Origin: Balanoglossus misakiensis
Lineage: Eukaryota; Animalia; Hemichordata
Direction of reading: 5' to 3'
Length of the DNA: 64,000 nt
Assembly (NCBI GenBank): GCA_040954595.2
Contig: CM082598.2
Location: 3,716,565 to 3,780,564 of the forward strand
Position 1 is the stretch's first letter, and the number at the start of each line of letters is the position of its first letter. The translations under genes and the position numbers were made by a program. The notes beneath the pieces were generated by a model, which was not told the DNA's origin, did no database searches, and saw nothing but the letters and a program-made list of their open reading frames with translations. Of this stretch, positions 59,860 to 64,000 are shown in pieces.

Positions 59860-60739
59860 CAACCGGACTACGGCAAACACGGACAAAACAAAGCAAAAAC
59901 CCTCTGACGTACATTCTGTTCACCTCTGAGCAATGTTGCGTAATATGCAAATTCATTGTAATATCTTGGCTTCCTTATTTCGCTCAAAGCTGATTATTAA
60001 AAAAAATACTTCTCCTTTTAATATTATGGGAAGCCTACAACGTATTCAGCGCAGAGCGAAACAAGGCTTCCATCAAATTTTATTACCAGAAACTTAAACA
60101 TTGAATATTTACGTATACATTTTACTGTAATGCTCTAAAGATTCTCGTCGCTGCAATTTCTTAGTGTAGCCGACCAGATAGTTTGGTCTGGTTTGATAGA
60201 GATTGAAAATACCTCACATCACTGCACGACTTTCTGTGCCAGAAATCTTTAGTACCGGAAAGCTATATGGAATCAATGTGATCTTTTTAGTATATGTTTC
60301 ATACATTGATGCAGATTTGCGCGTTGGAGAATTCATAGTACTAGAAGGCCTAAATTCAGCGAAATCGGGTACAGTATGGACGTGCAGTGATATTTGCATA
60401 AATTATTGATGAATAATAACCGCTCTTCTCAACCAATATTGGATGTACGAATTGCTCGTTAATTGTCGATCTTTTGTTCACCATTGAATTTCGTTAATAT
60501 GTTTAAAATAATTAATTTACGCGCCCGAGTCCGCGGAGAAATCGACCACAGTGTCAATCTTGCAGTGCGCCATCAACGATATATCTTAAAAACGAAGGCC
60601 ATAGCAAGAGTAAAGAAGTCACGAACAAACGTTGCGCCCCATGCTGTATGTGGTCATTTACTTCCGGGTTTGAACGCATTGCCAGATTAAACCCAGATTT
60701 GATCATAAAAAAGAACTTTACAGTTTCTTCTGCACCACC
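59860..60739. promoter_or_regulatory. Divergent promoter region GAL3ST / ZNF593
   Basis: The genes are head to head. ETS-like acttccggg near 60660. Octamer motifs near 59945 and 60393. A minus-strand donor (acttac, 59855-59860) suggests a non-coding GAL3ST exon 1. Confidence 0.45.
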
Positions 60740-62107
60740 ATGGGTCGACAGAAGAGGAAACATTATCACAAAGGCGATACACACATCACACAAAAGTTCA
60801 GAACGCGGCGGAGGACCAAAGATCTGGACCAGATCGACGAGGACATGAAACAGGGGAAGGCTGAGAAACTGTTGAATCAAGACATCGATCACGATTTACC
60901 AGGAGCAGGTCAAAATTATTGTCTACATTGTGCGTACGTATATTTTTAAGTACTTATCGATGTCACGCGCTGTGAATAAATCTGTGCGAGTCGCTTGGCA
61001 CAGTCGCTTGGGAGTTGTTACACACGACGACTGGGCCACTTTCGACATACAAGTCATCGAAGTTCGGAAGATATTTTCACACACAGAGTCACACACAGGC
61101 AAAAAAATATCAACAAATAAGCACCTATACCACCCATTTCATATCAAAATTCATACCTGCTATCCTCTTTGCCCATTAATATCGACATTCTGTGTGTTTT
61201 GGGGAGGTTTCTGTGGGGGACTTCGCTATCCACTTCTGAACTACCTCCCCTACAGACACGTGGTGATGCGATTGGGTGTCTACGCATGTTCTCAGTAGGC
61301 AACCAATCACAGCACGGCTTCTTTCCAGCGGACAGCTGAGGTTGCCCGAAAGTGGATTTGGTTTGAAGACTTTCCCCTTTTCCTGTCCCTTTTCTAATTC
61401 ATAGAAGCAATCGCCGTGTGACAATTCCAAAGCAAATGTGGTCCAATCCCTAACAACAACAAAAACATTGATGTCCATAGAAGAGAATTCTGAGAATTGA
61501 TTGCAAAATCTCTTCATGATTTCTTTTTCATATATTTTTTTACAGAAAACATTTTGTTGATCTTCGGGCACTGAAAGAACATTTTAAAGGCAGGCCTCAC
61601 AAAAGAAGGTGAGTTTCCATGGAGATCACTGATTTTCTGTTTTTACCCAGATGCCGGAGGAGAAAGTTCACCTTGTACGTTTCATTCCACTGTGGCAGTA
61701 ACAGAGCTAGGTGGTTACTACAGGACAGATCATCTGTTCTTATAACTCAATGATACAGTTAGTTTCAATGTTCTGTCATAAATTTTGTACATATGTGCAC
61801 CCCGATTTCCCAGTATAGTTGTCCAACTTTACCATATGCAACAATGGGTTTGGTGGACCAAACCATGGCGGTGAAAGGGTTGGAATGTTTATTTTACATC
61901 ATGTAAGGCCTGGGACCTTGGCTTTGACTCTTGTAAGAATAATTGGTTTCTGAATTCCATGCCAGGTTGAAAGCTCTCAAAGAAGAACCATACACACAGA
62001 AAGAAGCCAACGCAGCCGCCGGAATGGGAAGTTACTATGCGCCACAGAAACGGACAGTTGAAACGCAAAAAGTGACAGAAAAGGAAATGGACCAATCAGA
62101 CAAATAG
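60740..62107 (+). CDS. ZNF593: Zinc finger protein 593 / Bud20 pre-60S factor, 132 aa, 3 exons
   Basis: Exons 60740-60933, 61546-61608 and 61966-62107 (399 nt). Translation [15 protein letters not shown]...[56 protein letters not shown] contains the C2H2 finger typical of ZNF593. AATAAA near 62149. Confidence 0.95.
61801..61882 (+). mobile_element. MITE family R1, degenerate copy in ZNF593 intron 2
   Basis: gtccaactttaccatatgcaacaatgggtttgg..accaaaccatggcggtgaaagggtt. Confidence 0.6.
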
Positions 62108-62622
62108 GAGTGAAAATCATTTAACAATGAATGTGTTTTTCATTTGTCAATAAAAAATGAAAAATTGAAATGGAAGTTTGTGTATGGTGTTGATTTCAAG
62201 GACTTTTATATAACCTGTTTGTTTCTTTATTTTTCAAGACCATATCAATTTGAGGGTGCTCATAGATTTACTTTCATCTCAGTCAGGATCCCTGTCTCCT
62301 TCAAACCACTGGTGGCGCTATGCTCATGAAAAGTAGGGCTGGTGCATGGTGGGAGAAACGTTTCCTGACAATCTGCCCCCCCCCCCCCCCCCCCCACCCC
62401 CGACACACTGTAGCTGTAAACTGTATAAACCAAAAAGTAATGAGAAATATTTTTGATATTTGGATATTATATTTATTGTCTCTTTAGCAAAATATACACA
62501 TAGATCATTTACAATATTTACACTTCTAAAAATCTATTTTGTAATCATCTATAGAGATAAAGGAAAATATGAATAGTCATTAAATTATTTACATAATTAG
62601 GATATGATTGACAGTCGTGCCT

Positions 62623-62715
62623 TTAACCCTTTCACCCCCAATTCCCTCTTTAGAGGTCCAACTATACCATAGAAAACAATGGATTTGGACCAAACCATAG
62701 TGGTGAAAGGGTTAT
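62623..62715 (+). mobile_element. MITE family R1, near-complete copy
   Basis: TIRs ttaaccctttcacc...ggtgaaagggttat. Confidence 0.75.
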
Positions 62716-63906
62716 AGAACCCTCTGTCATTAAACTCTTACAGTAGAGAAGTATTTCCCTTTTTACATTTACACTTCTAGTGAAAAGTTTCATGAAATTG
62801 TGGCTCCCCACAGAAATCTATTCTACAATGTACGATACAAACATGGTTACCATGATCAATCATATCAGGTTGAACAACAAAAGTTTGAGTGCATCATTGA
62901 CCTGATCACATAAAAACTTACAAAAGGTATCATATCTTAGCATGATCATCATGTCTTCATATCAGCTAGAAAATATCTTCTTCAGATATTTCATTATCTT
63001 ATTAACTTATTTCTATTCACAATAAATTTTACATATCTATAATATTCATATATTAGTCAAAAATCTCCTACACTGTATTTACATCATTTATGCTTAAAGC
63101 TACAATTTTTTTTAACATGGATGACACGATGACAGCTAACAAGCGTATGAAATTACCTTGAAGGAAATTAACATACAAAAGATCAACGGTATTAAATGGT
63201 ATAAATTTGAATATCAAGGAAAAAGTCAGTGTTTTTAAAGTTACCATATATGCTTTGTGAATGCCATTTAACTGACACTTCATTATTAGACAACACCCCC
63301 TTTAAATCTAATGGAATAGCCCACTTCTGTTAATTAGATAGGGCCAGGCTGTTACTATTAAATCATTATGGGGTAGGCACTGTGCAATATCATGTGACCC
63401 TGATCCTTCAAATCAAGGTTTATAACCCCTTTATAAAAAATTTCCTGACTTTGTTTCTTCGAAGAAGACACTATTTTTTACAATGCAGCTGCATGTCGGT
63501 CAAAAACTAATCTGGAATTCAAAATAATGTAAATATTGAAAGAAAAATATGTCAGTGGCTTTACAAGAACTGGTAGATCTGACACCATTAAAATAAGTTC
63601 AGATTCATGCATTGATTTGACATCTTTTGAAATGCAAGTCATTATGTTTGTCACAGCAAATACCCACCCATGGAAAACAAACAAACAAGAAAGGTTTGTT
63701 TAAAATGCTCAAGAATAAAAACTGAAATTCAAAGTACTAAAAATTATGAAATTTTAACAAGGCATCATTTTATGAAATTTTGGGAAATTTTCTACCGATA
63801 TGATATTTCAGATTGTGAAAAAAAATTAATATTATGAACATTACTTTGGCTGTTTTGGCACAAAAAATAAAAATAGGGTAACAAAACCTTTAGATGAATT
63901 TCATCG

Positions 63907-63998
63907 TTAACCCTTAACTACCATTTTCCACTAAAGAGGGTCCAACTTTTCTATGGAAAACAATGGATTTGGACTAAATAATGGTGGTGGATGGGTTA
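63907..63998 (+). mobile_element. MITE family R1, diverged copy
   Basis: ttaaccctt...ggtccaac...atggaaaacaatggatttggactaaataatggtggtggatgggttag. Confidence 0.6.
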
Positions 63999-64000
63999 GG

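Noticed and set aside
62470-64000. Possible 3' UTR of a minus-strand gene beyond the window
   Set aside because: The only support is a reverse AATAAA near 62472 and AT-rich sequence. No coding exon is visible, so it cannot be called.

Overview
Eukaryotic, intron-containing DNA from an animal. The repeat families and gene content suggest a marine invertebrate deuterostome such as a hemichordate, but that assignment is inference. The right quarter holds four recognisable spliced genes, which I reconstructed exon by exon with GT-AG junctions in consistent phase: DERA (-), TMEM138 (+), a galactose-3-O-sulfotransferase (-) and ZNF593/Bud20 (+). They form two head-to-head pairs. The left ~46 kb holds four co-oriented genes I cannot assign to any family (A-D, ~540-900 aa). 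All four share one architecture: short, often alternative 5' exons spliced to one large terminal coding exon. The proteins look largely disordered and share a recurrent LPx[ILV] motif and phosphatase/kinase-type short motifs. RFX X-box and CRE elements occur around them, and they sit beside the ciliary gene TMEM138, so this is a candidate cilia/sperm-related orphan cluster. The window also carries several MITE families, a MITE-derived 73-bp satellite, minisatellites and microsatellites. I saw no CRISPR array, rRNA or tRNA.
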